Positions 13,801 to 26,600 of a DNA stretch of 64,000 bases are shown one piece after another. The position numbers and the translations under genes were made by a program. Under the pieces are notes generated by a model. The model saw only the letters and a program-made list of their open reading frames with translations. It was not told the origin of the DNA and searched no databases. How positions within the stretch are numbered: the first letter of the stretch is position 1; every line of letters starts with the position of its first letter. The stretch comes from the human T2T-CHM13v2.0 reference genome, Homo sapiens, in the NCBI RefSeq assembly GCF_009914755.1, contig NC_060936.1. One strand, written 5' to 3'.

Positions 13801-16670
13801 TTCTAGCGTTCTATGAAGAAATCCCGTTTCCAACGAAGGCCCCAAAGAGGTCCAAATATCTGCTTGCAGACTTTACAGACAGAGTGTTTCCAAACTACTC
13901 TATGAAAAGAAAGCTTAAACTCCTTGAGTTGAACGCACACATCACAAAGTAGTTTCTGAGAATGATTCTGTCTAGTTTTTATACGAAGATGTTTCCTTTT
14001 CTACATTTGGTCTCAAAGCGATTGAAATCTCCAACTGGAAACTGCACAAATAGGGTGTTTCAAATCTGCTCTGTCTAAAGGAAGGTTCAACTCTGTGAGT
14101 TGAATACACACACCACAAATAAGTTACTGAGAATTCTTCTGTCGAACATTACATGAAGAAATCCCGTTTCCAACGAAGGCCTCAAAGACGTCCAAATATC
14201 CACTTGCAGACATTACAAACAGAGTGTTTCCAAACTGCTCCATCAAAAGAAAGGTTAAACTCTGTGAGCTGAACACACACATCAAAAAGAAGTTTCTGTG
14301 AATGATTCTGTCTAGATTTTATAAGAAGATGTTTCCTTTTCTACCGTAGGCCTCAAAGCGCTTGAAATCTCCAGCTGCAAATTCCACAAAAAGGGTGTTT
14401 AACATCTGCTCTTCTAAAGGAAAGTTCAACTCTATGAGTTGAATACACACAGCACAAAGAAGTTACTGAGACTTCTTCTGTCTAACATTATATGAAGAAA
14501 TCCCGTTTCCAACGAAGGCCTCAAAGAGGTCCAAATATCTGCCTGCAGACTTTACAGACAGAGTGTTTCCAAACTGCTCCATCAAAAGAAAGGTTAAACT
14601 CCTTGAGTTGAACACACACATCACAAAGTAGTTTCTGTGAATGATTCTGTCTAGTTTTTATACGAAGATGTTTCCTTTTCTACCTTTGGTCTCAAAGCGA
14701 TTGAAATCTCCACATGGAAACTCCACAAAAAGAGTGTTTCAAATCTGCTCTTTCTGAAGGAAGGTTCATCTCTGTGAGTTGAATACACACACCACAAATA
14801 AGTTACTGAGAATTCTTCTGTGTAACATTATATGAGGAAATCCCGTTTCCAACGAAGGCCTCAAAGAGGTCCAAATATCCACTTGCAGACTTTACAAAGA
14901 CAGTGTCTCCAAACTCCTCCATCAAAAGAAAGGTTATACTCTGTGAATTGAACGCACACATCACAAAGTAGTTTCTCAGAATGATTCTGTCTAGTTTTTA
15001 TACGAAGATATTTCCTTTTCTACATTTGGCCTAAAAGCGCTTGAAATCTCCACCTGCAAATATCACAAAAAGAGGGTTTCACATCTGCTCTGTCTAAAGG
15101 ACAGTTCACCTCTGTGAGTTGAATAGAGGCAACACAAAGAACTTACTCAGTATTCTTCTTTCTAGCGTTCTATGAAGAAATCCCGTTTCCAACGAAGGCC
15201 CTAAAGAGGTCCAAATATCTGCTTGCAGACTTTACAGACAGAGTGTTTCCAAACTACTCTATGAAAAGAAAGCTTAAACTCCTTGAGTTGAACGCACACA
15301 TCACAAAGTAGTTTCTGAGAATGATTCTGTCTAGTTTTTATACGAAGATGTTTCCTTTTCTACATTTGGTCTCAAAGCGATTGAAATCTCCAACTGGAAA
15401 CTGCACAAATAGGGTGTTTCAAATCTGCTCTGTCTAAAGGAAGGTTCAACTCTGTGAGTTGAATACACACACCACAAATAAGTTACTGAGAATTCTTCTG
15501 TCGAACATTACTTGAAGAAATCCCGTTTCCAACGAAGGCCTCAAAGCGGTCCAAATATCCACTTGCAGACATTACAAACAGAGTGTTTCCAAACTGCTCC
15601 ATCAAAAGAAAGGTTAAACTCTGTGAGCTGAACACACACATCAAAAAGAAGTTTCTGTGAATGATTCTGTCTAGATTTTATAAGAAGATGTTTCCTTTTC
15701 TACCGTAGGCCTCAAAGCGCTTGAAATCTCCAGCTGCAAATTCCACAAAAAGGGTGTTTAACATCTGCTCTTCTAAAGGAAAGTTCAACTCTATGAGTTG
15801 AATACACACAGCACAAAGAAGTTACTGAGACTTCTTCTGTCTAACATTATATGAAGAAATCCCGTTTCCAACGAAGGCCTCAAAGAGGTCCAAATATCTG
15901 CTTGCAGACTTTACAGACAGAGTGTTTCCAAACTGCTCCATCAAAAGAAAGGTTAAACTCCTTGAGTTGAACACACACATCACAAAGTAGTTTCTGTGAA
16001 TGATTCTGTCTAGTTTTTATACGAAGATGTTTCCTTTTCTACCTTTGGTCTCAAAGCGATTGAAATCTCCACATGGAAACTCCACAAAAAGAGTGTTTCA
16101 AATCTGCTCTTTCTGAAGGAAGGTTCATCTCTGTGAGTTGAATACACACACCACAAATAAGTTACTGAGAATTCTTCTGTGTAACATTATATGAGGAAAT
16201 CCCGTTTCCAACGAAGGCCTCAAAGAGGTCCAAATATCCACTTGCAGACTTTACAAAGACAGTGTCTCCAAACTCCTCCATCAAAAGAAAGGTTATACTC
16301 TGTGAATTGAACGCACACATCACAAAGTAGTTTCTGAGAATGATTCTGTCTAGTTTTTATACGAAGATATTTCCTTTTCTACATTTGGCCTAAAAGCGCT
16401 TGAAATCTCCACCTGCAAATGTCACAAAAAGAGGGTTTCACATCTGCTCTGTCTGAAGGACAGTTCACCTCTGTGAGTTGAATAGAGGCAACACAAAGAA
16501 CTTACTCAGTATTCTTCTTTCTAGCGTTCTATGAAGAAATCCCGTTTCCAACGAAGGCCTCAAAGAGGTCCAAATATCTGCTTGCAGACTTAACAGACAG
16601 AGTGTTTCCAAACTACTCTATGAAAAGAAAGCTTAAACTCCTTGAGTTGAACGCACACATCACAAAGTAG
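10873..16670. repeat. Copy of 1-~5800 at offset 10872 bp (8 HORs)
   Basis: Rare variants recur in the same order: gtctaaaagcga in D (HOR1/HOR9); ttctcagaat, ggccctaaag and aaagcggtcc (HOR4/HOR12); aaatgtcac and cttaacagac in A (HOR5/HOR13). Confidence 0.85.
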
Positions 16671-17667
16671 TTTCTGAGAACGATTCTGTCTAGTTTTTAT
16701 ACGAAGATGTTTCCTTTTCTACATTTGGTCTCAAAGCGATTGAAATCTCCAACTGGAAACTGCACAAATAGGGTGTTTCAAATCTGCTCTGTCTAAAGGA
16801 AGGTTCAACTCTGTGAGTTGAATACACACACCACAAATAAGTTACTGAGAATTCTTCTGTCGAACATTACTTGAAGAAATCCCGTTTCCAATGAAGGCCT
16901 CAAAGAGGTCCAAATAACCACTTGCAGACATTACAAACAGAGTGTTTCCAAACCGCTCCATCAAAAGAAAGGTTAAACTCTGTGAGCTGAACACACACAT
17001 AAAAAAGAAGTTTCTGTGAATGATTCTGTCTAGATTTTATAAGAAGATGTTTCCTTTTCTACCGTAGGCCTCAAAGCGCTTGAAATCTCCAGCTGCAAAT
17101 TCCACAAAAAGGGTGTTTAACATCTGCTCTTCTAAAGGAAAGTTCAACTCTATGAGTTGAATACACACAGCACAAAGAAGTTACTGAGACTTCTTCTGTC
17201 TAACATTATATGAAGAAATCCCGTTTCCATCGAAGGCCTCAAAGAGGTCCAAATATCTGCTTGCAGACTTTACAGACAGAGTGTTTCCAAACTGCTCCAT
17301 CAAAAGAAAGGTTAAACTCCTTGAGTTGAACACACACATCACAAAGTAGTTTCTGTGAATGATTCTGTCTAGTTTTTATACGAAGATGTTTCCTTTTCTA
17401 CCTTTGGTCTCAAAGCGATTGAAATCTCCACATGGAAACTCCACAAAAAGAGTGTTTCAAATCTGCTCTTTCTGAAGGAAGGTTCATCTCTGTGAGTTGA
17501 ATACACACACCACAAATAAGTTACTGAGAATTCTTCTGTGTAACATTATATGAGGAAATCCCGTTTCCAACGAAGGCCTCAAAGAGGTCCAAATATCCAC
17601 TTGCAGACTTTACAAAGACAGTGTCTCCAAACTCCTCCATCAAAAGAAAGGTTATACTCTGTGAATT

Positions 17668-20600
17668 GAACGCACACATCACAAAGTAGTTTCTGGAATG
17701 ATTCTGTCTAGTTTTTATACGAAGATATTTCCTTTTCTACATTTGGCCTAAAAGCGCTTGAAATCTCCACCTGCAAATATCACAAAAAGAGGGTTTCACA
17801 TCTGCTCTGTCTGAAGGACAGTTCACCTCTGTGAGTTGAATAGAGGCAACACAAAGAACTTACTCAGTATTCTTCTTTCTAGCGTTCTATGAAGAAATCC
17901 CGTTTCCAACGAAGGCCCCAAAGAGGTCCAAATATCTGCTTGCAGACTTTACAGACAGAGTGTTTCCAAACTACTCTATGAAAAGAAAGCTTAAACTCCT
18001 TGAGTTGAACGCACACATCACAAAGTAGTTTCTGAGAATGATTCTGTCTAGTTTTTATACGAAGATGTTTCCTTTTCTACATTTGGTCTCAAAGCGATTG
18101 AAATCTCCAACTGGAAACTGCACAAATAGGGTGTTTCAAATCTGCTCTGTCTAAAGGAAGGTTCAACTCTGTGAGTTGAATACACACACCACAAATAAGT
18201 TACTGAGAATTCTTCTGTCGAACATTACATGAAGAAATCCCGTTTCCAACGAAGGCCTCAAAGACGTCAAAATATCCACTTGCAGACATTACAAACAGAG
18301 TGTTTCCAAACTGCTCCATCAAAAGAAAGGTTAAACTCTGTGAGCTGAACACACACATCAAAAAGAAGTTTCTGTGAATGATTCTGTCTAGATTTTATAA
18401 GAAGATGTTTCCTTTTCTACCGTAGGCCTCAAAGCGCTTGAAATCTCCAGCTGCAAATTCCACAAAAAGGGTGTTTAACATCTGCTCTTCTAAAGGAAAG
18501 TTCAACTCTATGAGTTGAATATACACAGCACAAAGAAGTTACTGAGACTTCTCCTATCAAACATTATATGAAGAAATCCCGTTTCCAACGAAGGCCTCAA
18601 AGAGGTCCAAATATCTGCTTGCAGACTTTACAGACAGAGTGTTTCCAAACTGCTCCATCAAAAGAAAGGTTAAACTCCTTGAGTTGAACACACACATCAC
18701 AAAGTAGTTTCTGTGAATGATTCTGTCTAGTTTTTATACGAAGATGTTTCCTTTTCTACCTTTGGTCTCAAAGCGATTGAAATCTCCACATGGAAACTCC
18801 ACAAAAAGAGTGTTTCAAATCTGCTCTTTCTGAAGGAAGGTTCATCTCTGTGAGTTGAATACACACACCACAAATAAGTTACTGAGAATTCTTCTGTGTA
18901 ACATTATATGAGGAAATCCCGTTTCCAACGAAGGCCTCAAAGAGGTCCAAATATCCACTTGCAGACTTTACAAAGACAGTGTCTCCAAACTCCTCCATCA
19001 ACAGAAAGGTTATACTCTGAATTGAACGCACACATCACAAAGTAGTTTCTGAGAATGATTCTGTCTAGTTTTTATACGAAGATATTTCCTTTTCTACATT
19101 TGGCCTAAAAGCGCTTGAAATCTCCACCTGCAAATATCACAAAAACAGGGTTTCACATCTGCTCTGTCTAAAGGACAGTTCACCTCTGTGAGTTGAATAG
19201 AGGCAACACAAAGAACTTACTCAGTATTCTTCTTTCTAGCGTTCTATGAAGAAATCCCGTTTCCAACGAAGGCCCCAAAGAGGTCCAAATATCTGCTTGC
19301 AGACTTTACAGACAGAGTGTTTCCAAACTACTCTATGAAAAGAAAGCTTAAACTCCTTGAGTTGAACGCACACATCACAAAGTAGTTTCTGAGAATGATT
19401 CTGTCTAGTTTTTATACGAAGATGTTTCCTTTTCTACATTTGGTCTCAAAGCGATTGAAATCTCCAACTGGAAACTGCACAAATAGGGTGTTTCAAATCT
19501 GCTCTGTCTAAAGGAAGGTTCAACTCTGTGAGTTGAATACACACACCACAAATAAGTTACTGAGAATTCTTCTGTCGAACATTACTTGAAGAAATCCCGT
19601 TTCCAACCAAGGCCTCAAAGAGGTCCAAATATCCACTTGCAGACATTACAAACAGAGTGTTTCCAAACTGCTCCATCAAAAGAAAGGTTAAACTCTGTGA
19701 GCTGAACACACACATCAAAAAGAAGTTTCTGTGAATGATTCTGTCTAGATTTTATAAGAAGATGTTTCCTTTTCTACCGTAGGCCTCAAAGTGCTTGAAA
19801 TCTCCAGCTGCAAATTCCACAAAAAGGGTGTTTAACATCTGCTCTTCTAAAGGAAAGTTCAACTCTATGAGTTGAATACACATAGCACAAAGAAGTTACT
19901 GAGACTTCTTCTGTCTAACATTATATGAAGAAATCCCGTTTCCAACGAAGGCCTCAAAGAGGTCCAAATATCTGCTTGCAGACTTTACAGACAGAGTGTT
20001 TCCAAACTGCTCCATCAAAAGAAAGGTTAAACTCCTTGAGTTGAACACACACATCACAAAGTAGTTTCTGTGAATGATTCTGTCTAGTTTTTATACGAAG
20101 ATGTTTCCTTTTCTACCTTTGGTCTCAAAGCGATTGAAATCTCCACATGGAAACTCCACAAAAAGAGTGTTTCAAATCTGCTCTTTCTGAAGGAAGGTTC
20201 ATCTCTGTGAGTTGAATACACACACCACAAATAAGTTACTGAGAATTCTTCTGTGTAACATTATATGAGGAAATCCCGTTTCCAACGAAGGCCTCAAAGA
20301 GATCCAAATATCCACTTGCAGACTTTACAAAGACAGTGTCTCCCAACTCCTCCATCAAAAGAAAGGTTATACTCTGTGAATTGAACGCACACATCACAAA
20401 GTAGTTTCTGAGAATGATTCTGTCTAGTTTTTATACGAAGATATTTCCTTTTCTACATTTGGCCTAAAAGCGCTTGAAATCTCCACCTGCAAATATCACA
20501 AAAAGAGGGTTTCACATCTGCTCTGTCTAAAGGACAGTTCACCTCTGTGAGTTGAATAGAGGCAACACAAAGAACTTACTCAGTATTCTTCTTTCTAGCG

Positions 20601-23600
20601 TTCTATGAAGAAATCCCGTTTCCAACGAAGGCCCCAAAGAGGTCCAAATATCTGCTTGCAGACTTTACAGACAGAGTGTTTCCAAACTACTCTATGAAAA
20701 GAAAGCTTAAACTCCTTGAGTTGAACGCACACATCACAAAGTAGTTTCTGAGAATGATTCTGTCTAGTTTTTATACGAAGATGTTTCCTTTTCTACATTT
20801 GGTCTCAAAGCGATTGAAATCTCCAACTGGAAACTGCACAAATAGGGTGTTTCAAATCTGCTCTGTCTAAAGGAAGGTTCAACTCTGTGAGGTGAATACA
20901 CACACCACAAATAAGTTACTGAGAATTCTTCTGTCGAACATTACTTGAAGAAATCCTGTTTCCAACGAAGGCCTCAAAGAGGTCCAAATATCCACTTGCA
21001 GACATTACAAACAGAGTGTTTCCAAACTGCTCCATCAAAAGAAAGGTTAAACTCTGTGAGCTGAACACACACATCAAAAAGAAGTTTCTGTGAATGATTC
21101 TGTCTAGATTTTATAAGAAGATGTTTCCTTTTCTACCGTAGGCCTCAAAGCGCTTGAAATCTCCAGCTGCAAATTCCACAAAAAGGGTGTTTAACATCTG
21201 CTCTTCTAAAGGAAAGTTCAACTCTATGAGTTGAATACACACAGCACAAAGAAGTTACTGAGACTTCTCCTATCAAACATTATATGAAGAAATCCCGTTT
21301 CCAACGAAGGCCTCAAAGAGGTCCAAATATCTGCTTGCAGACTTTACAGACAGAGTGTTTCCAAACTGCTCCATCAAAAGAAAGGTTAAACTCCTTGAGT
21401 TGAACACACACATCACAAAGTAGTTTCTGTGAATGATTCTGTCTAGTTTTTATACGAAGATGTTTCCTTTTCTACCTTTGGTCTCAATGCGATTGAAATC
21501 TCCACATGGAAACTCCACAAAAAGAGTGTTTCAAATCTGCTCTTTCTGAAGGAAGGTTCATCTCTGTGAGTTGAATACACACACCACAAATAAGTTACTG
21601 AGAATTCTTCTGTGTAACATTATATGAGGAAATCCCGTTTCCAACGAAGGCCTCAAAGAGATCCAAATATCCACTTGCAGACTTTACAAAGACAGTGTCT
21701 CCAAACTCCTCCATCAAAAGAAAGGTTATACTCTGTGAATTGAACGCACACATCACAAAGTAGTTTCTGAGAATGATTCTGTCTAGTTTTTATACGAAGA
21801 TATTTCCTTTTCTACATTTGGCCTAAAAGCGCTTGAAATCTCCACCTGCAAATATCACAAAAAGAGGGTTTCACATCTGCTCTGTCTAAAGGACAGTTCA
21901 CCTCTGTGAGTTGAATAGAGGCAACACAAAGAACTTACTCAGTATTCTTCTTTCTAGCGTTCTATGAAGAAATCCCGTTTCCAACGAAGGCCCCAAAGAG
22001 GTCCAAATATCTGCTTGCAGACTTTACAGACAGAGTGTTTCCAAACTACTCTATGAAAAGAAAGCTTAAACTCCTTGAGTTGAACGCACACATCACAAAG
22101 TAGTTTCTGAGAATGATTCTGTCTAGTTTTTATACGAAGATGTTTCCTTTTCTACATTTGGTCTCAAAGCGATTGAAATCTCCAACTGGAAACTGCACAA
22201 ATAGGGTGTTTCAAATCTGCTCTGTCTAAAGGAAGGTTCAACTCTGTGAGTTGAATACACACACCACAAATAAGTTACTGAGAATTCTTCTGTCGAACAT
22301 TACATGAAGAAATCCTGTTTCCAACGAAGGCCTCAAAGAGGTCCAAATATCCACTTGCAGACATTACAAACAGAGTGTTTCCAAACTGCTCCATCAAAAG
22401 AAAGGTTAAACTCTGTGAGCTGAACACACACATCAAAAAGAAGTTTCTGTGAATGATTCTGTCTAGATTTTATAAGAAGATGTTTCCTTTTCTACCGTAG
22501 GCCTCAAAGCGCTTGAAATCTCCAGCTGCAAATTCCACAAAAAGGGTGTTTAACATCTGCTCTTCTAAAGGAAAGTTCAACTCTATGAGTTGAATATACA
22601 CAGCACAAAGAAGTTACTGAGACTTCTCCTATCAAACATTATATGAAGAAATCCCGTTTCCAACGAAGGCCTCAAAGAGGTCCAAATATCTGCTTGCAGA
22701 CTTTACAGACAGAGTGTTTCCAAACTGCTCCATCAAAAGAAAGGTTAAACTCCTTGAGTTGAACACACACATCACAAAGTAGTTTCTGTGAATGATTCTG
22801 TCTAGTTTTTATACGAAGATGTTTCCTTTTCTACCTTTGGTCTCAAAGCGATTGAAATCTCCACATGGAAACTCCACAAAAAGAGTGTTTCAAATCTGCT
22901 CTTTCTGAAGGAAGGTTCATCTCTGTGAGTTGAATACACACACCACAAATAAGTTACTGAGAATTCTTCTGTGTAACATTATATGAGGAAATCCCGTTTC
23001 CAACGAAGGCCTCAAAGAGGTCCAAATATCCACTTGCAGACTTTACAAAGACAGTGTCTCCAAACTCCTCCATCAACAGAAAGGTTATACTCTGAATTGA
23101 ACGCACACATCACAAAGTAGTTTCTGAGAATGATTCTGTCTAGTTTTTATACGAAGATATTTCCTTTTCTACATTTGGCCTAAAAGCGCTTGAAATCTCC
23201 ACCTGCAAATATCACAAAAACAGGGTTTCACATCTGCTCTGTCTAAAGGACAGTTCACCTCTGTGAGTTGAATAGAGGCAACACAAAGAACTTACTCAGT
23301 ATTCTTCTTTCTAGCGTTCTATGAAGAAATCCCGTTTCCAACGAAGGCCCCAAAGAGGTCCAAATATCTGCTTGCAGACTTTACAGACAGAGTGTTTCCA
23401 AACTACTCTATGAAAAGAAAGCTTAAACTCCTTGAGTTGAACGCACACATCACAAAGTAGTTTCTGAGAATGATTCTGTCTAGTTTTTATACGAAGATGT
23501 TTCCTTTTCTACATTTGGTCTCAAAGCGATTGAAATCTCCAACTGGAAACTGCACAAATAGGGTGTTTCAAATCTGCTCTGTCTAAAGGAAGGTTCAACT

Positions 23601-26600
23601 CTGTGAGTTGAATACACACACCACAAATAAGTTACTGAGAATTCTTCTGTCGAACATTACTTGAAGAAATCCCGTTTCCAACCAAGGCCTCAAAGAGGTC
23701 CAAATATCCACTTGCAGACATTACAAACAGAGTGTTTCCAAACTGCTCCATCAAAAGAAAGGTTAAACTCTGTGAGCTGAACACACACATCAAAAAGAAG
23801 TTTCTGTGAATGATTCTGTCTAGATTTTATAAGAAGATGTTTCCTTTTCTACCGTAGGCCTCAAAGTGCTTGAAATCTCCAGCTGCAAATTCCACAAAAA
23901 GGGTGTTTAACATCTGCTCTTCTAAAGGAAAGTTCAACTCTATGAGTTGAATACACATAGCACAAAGAAGTTACTGAGACTTCTTCTGTCTAACATTATA
24001 TGAAGAAATCCCGTTTCCAACGAAGGCCTCAAAGAGGTCCAAATATCTGCTTGCAGACTTTACAGACAGAGTGTTTCCAAACTGCTCCATCAAAAGAAAG
24101 GTTAAACTCCTTGAGTTGAACACACACATCACAAAGTAGTTTCTGTGAATGATTCTGTCTAGTTTTTATACGAAGATGTTTCCTTTTCTACCTTTGGTCT
24201 CAAAGCGATTGAAATCTCCACATGGAAACTCCACAAAAAGAGTGTTTCAAATCTGCTCTTTCTGAAGGAAGGTTCATCTCTGTGAGTTGAATACACACAC
24301 CACAAATAAGTTACTGAGAATTCTTCTGTGTAACATTATATGAGGAAATCCCGTTTCCAACGAAGGCCTCAAAGAGATCCAAATATCCACTTGCAGACTT
24401 TACAAAGACAGTGTCTCCCAACTCCTCCATCAAAAGAAAGGTTATACTCTGTGAATTGAACGCACACATCACAAAGTAGTTTCTGAGAATGATTCTGTCT
24501 AGTTTTTATACGAAGATATTTCCTTTTCTACATTTGGCCTAAAAGCGCTTGAAATCTCCACCTGCAAATATCACAAAAAGAGGGTTTCACATCTGCTCTG
24601 TCTAAAGGACAGTTCACCTCTGTGAGTTGAATAGAGGCAACACAAAGAACTTACTCAGTATTCTTCTTTCTAGCGTTCTATGAAGAAATCCCGTTTCCAA
24701 CGAAGGCCCCAAAGAGGTCCAAATATCTGCTTGCAGACTTTACAGACAGAGTGTTTCCAAACTACTCTATGAAAAGAAAGCTTAAACTCCTTGAGTTGAA
24801 CGCACACATCACAAAGTAGTTTCTGAGAATGATTCTGTCTAGTTTTTATACGAAGATGTTTCCTTTTCTACATTTGGTCTCAAAGCGATTGAAATCTCCA
24901 ACTGGAAACTGCACAAATAGGGTGTTTCAAATCTGCTCTGTCTAAAGGAAGGTTCAACTCTGTGAGTTGAATACACACACCACAAATAAGTTACTGAGAA
25001 TTCTTCTGTCGAACATTACTTGAAGAAATCCTGTTTCCAACGAAGGCCTCAAAGAGGTCCAAATATCCACTTGCAGACATTACAAACAGAGTGTTTCCAA
25101 ACTGCTCCATCAAAAGAAAGGTTAAACTCTGTGAGCTGAACACACACATCAAAAAGAAGTTTCTGTGAATGATTCTGTCTAGATTTTATAAGAAGATGTT
25201 TCCTTTTCTACCGTAGGCCTCAAAGCGCTTGAAATCTCCAGCTGCAAATTCCACAAAAAGGGTGTTTAACATCTGCTCTTCTAAAGGAAAGTTCAACTCT
25301 ATGAGTTGAATACACACAGCACAAAGAAGTTACTGAGACTTCTCCTATCAAACATTATATGAAGAAATCCCGTTTCCAACGAAGGCCTCAAAGAGGTCCA
25401 AATATCTGCTTGCAGACTTTACAGACAGAGTGTTTCCAAACTGCTCCATCAAAAGAAAGGTTAAACTCCTTGAGTTGAACACACACATCACAAAGTAGTT
25501 TCTGTGAATGATTCTGTCTAGTTTTTATACGAAGATGTTTCCTTTTCTACCTTTGGTCTCAATGCGATTGAAATCTCCACATGGAAACTCCACAAAAAGA
25601 GTGTTTCAAATCTGCTCTTTCTGAAGGAAGGTTCATCTCTGTGAGTTGAATACACACACCACAAATAAGTTACTGAGAATTCTTCTGTGTAACATTATAT
25701 GAGGAAATCCCGTTTCCAACGAAGGCCTCAAAGAGATCCAAATATCCACTTGCAGACTTTACAAAGACAGTGTCTCCAAACTCCTCCATCAAAAGAAAGG
25801 TTATACTCTGTGAATTGAACGCACACATCACAAAGTAGTTTCTGAGAATGATTCTGTCTAGTTTTTATACGAAGATATTTCCTTTTCTACATTTGGCCTA
25901 AAAGCGCTTGAAATCTCCACCTGCAAATATCACAAAAAGAGGGTTTCACATCTGCTCTGTCTAAAGGACAGTTCACCTCTGTGAGTTGAATAGAGGCAAC
26001 ACAAAGAACTTACTCAGTATTCTTCTTTCTAGCGTTCTATGAAGAAATCCCGTTTCCAACGAAGGCCCCAAAGAGGTCCAAATATCTGCTTGCAGACTTT
26101 ACAGACAGAGTGTTTCCAAACTACTCTATGAAAAGAAAGCTTAAACTCCTTGAGTTGAACGCACACATCACAAAGTAGTTTCTGAGAATGATTCTGTCTA
26201 GTTTTTATACGAAGATGTTTCCTTTTCTACATTTGGTCTCAAAGCGATTGAAATCTCCAACTGGAAACTGCACAAATAGGGTGTTTCAAATCTGCTCTGT
26301 CTAAAGGAAGGTTCAACTCTGTGAGTTGAATACACACACCACAAATAAGTTACTGAGAATTCTTCTGTCGAACATTACATGAAGAAATCCCGTTTCCAAC
26401 GAAGGCCTCAAAGACGTCAAAATATCCACTTGCAGACATTACAAACAGAGTGTTTCCAAACTGCTCCATCAAAAGAAAGGTTAAACTCTGTGAGCTGAAC
26501 ACACACATCAAAAAGAAGTTTCTGTGAATGATTCTGTCTAGATTTTATAAGAAGATGTTTCCTTTTCTACCGTAGGCCTCAAAGCGCTTGAAATCTCCAG

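Noticed and set aside
17229-17231. ccatcgaag counted as a CENP-B-box-inactivating change
   Set aside because: It alters a non-core position of the box, so it was excluded from the disruption count. The gaattcccg and gagatcccg variants lie outside the box and were also excluded.
17695-17696. Single 1-bp deletion (ttctggaatg) as a meaningful marker
   Set aside because: It is a singleton not repeated in the related copies, so it could be a sequencing or consensus error.
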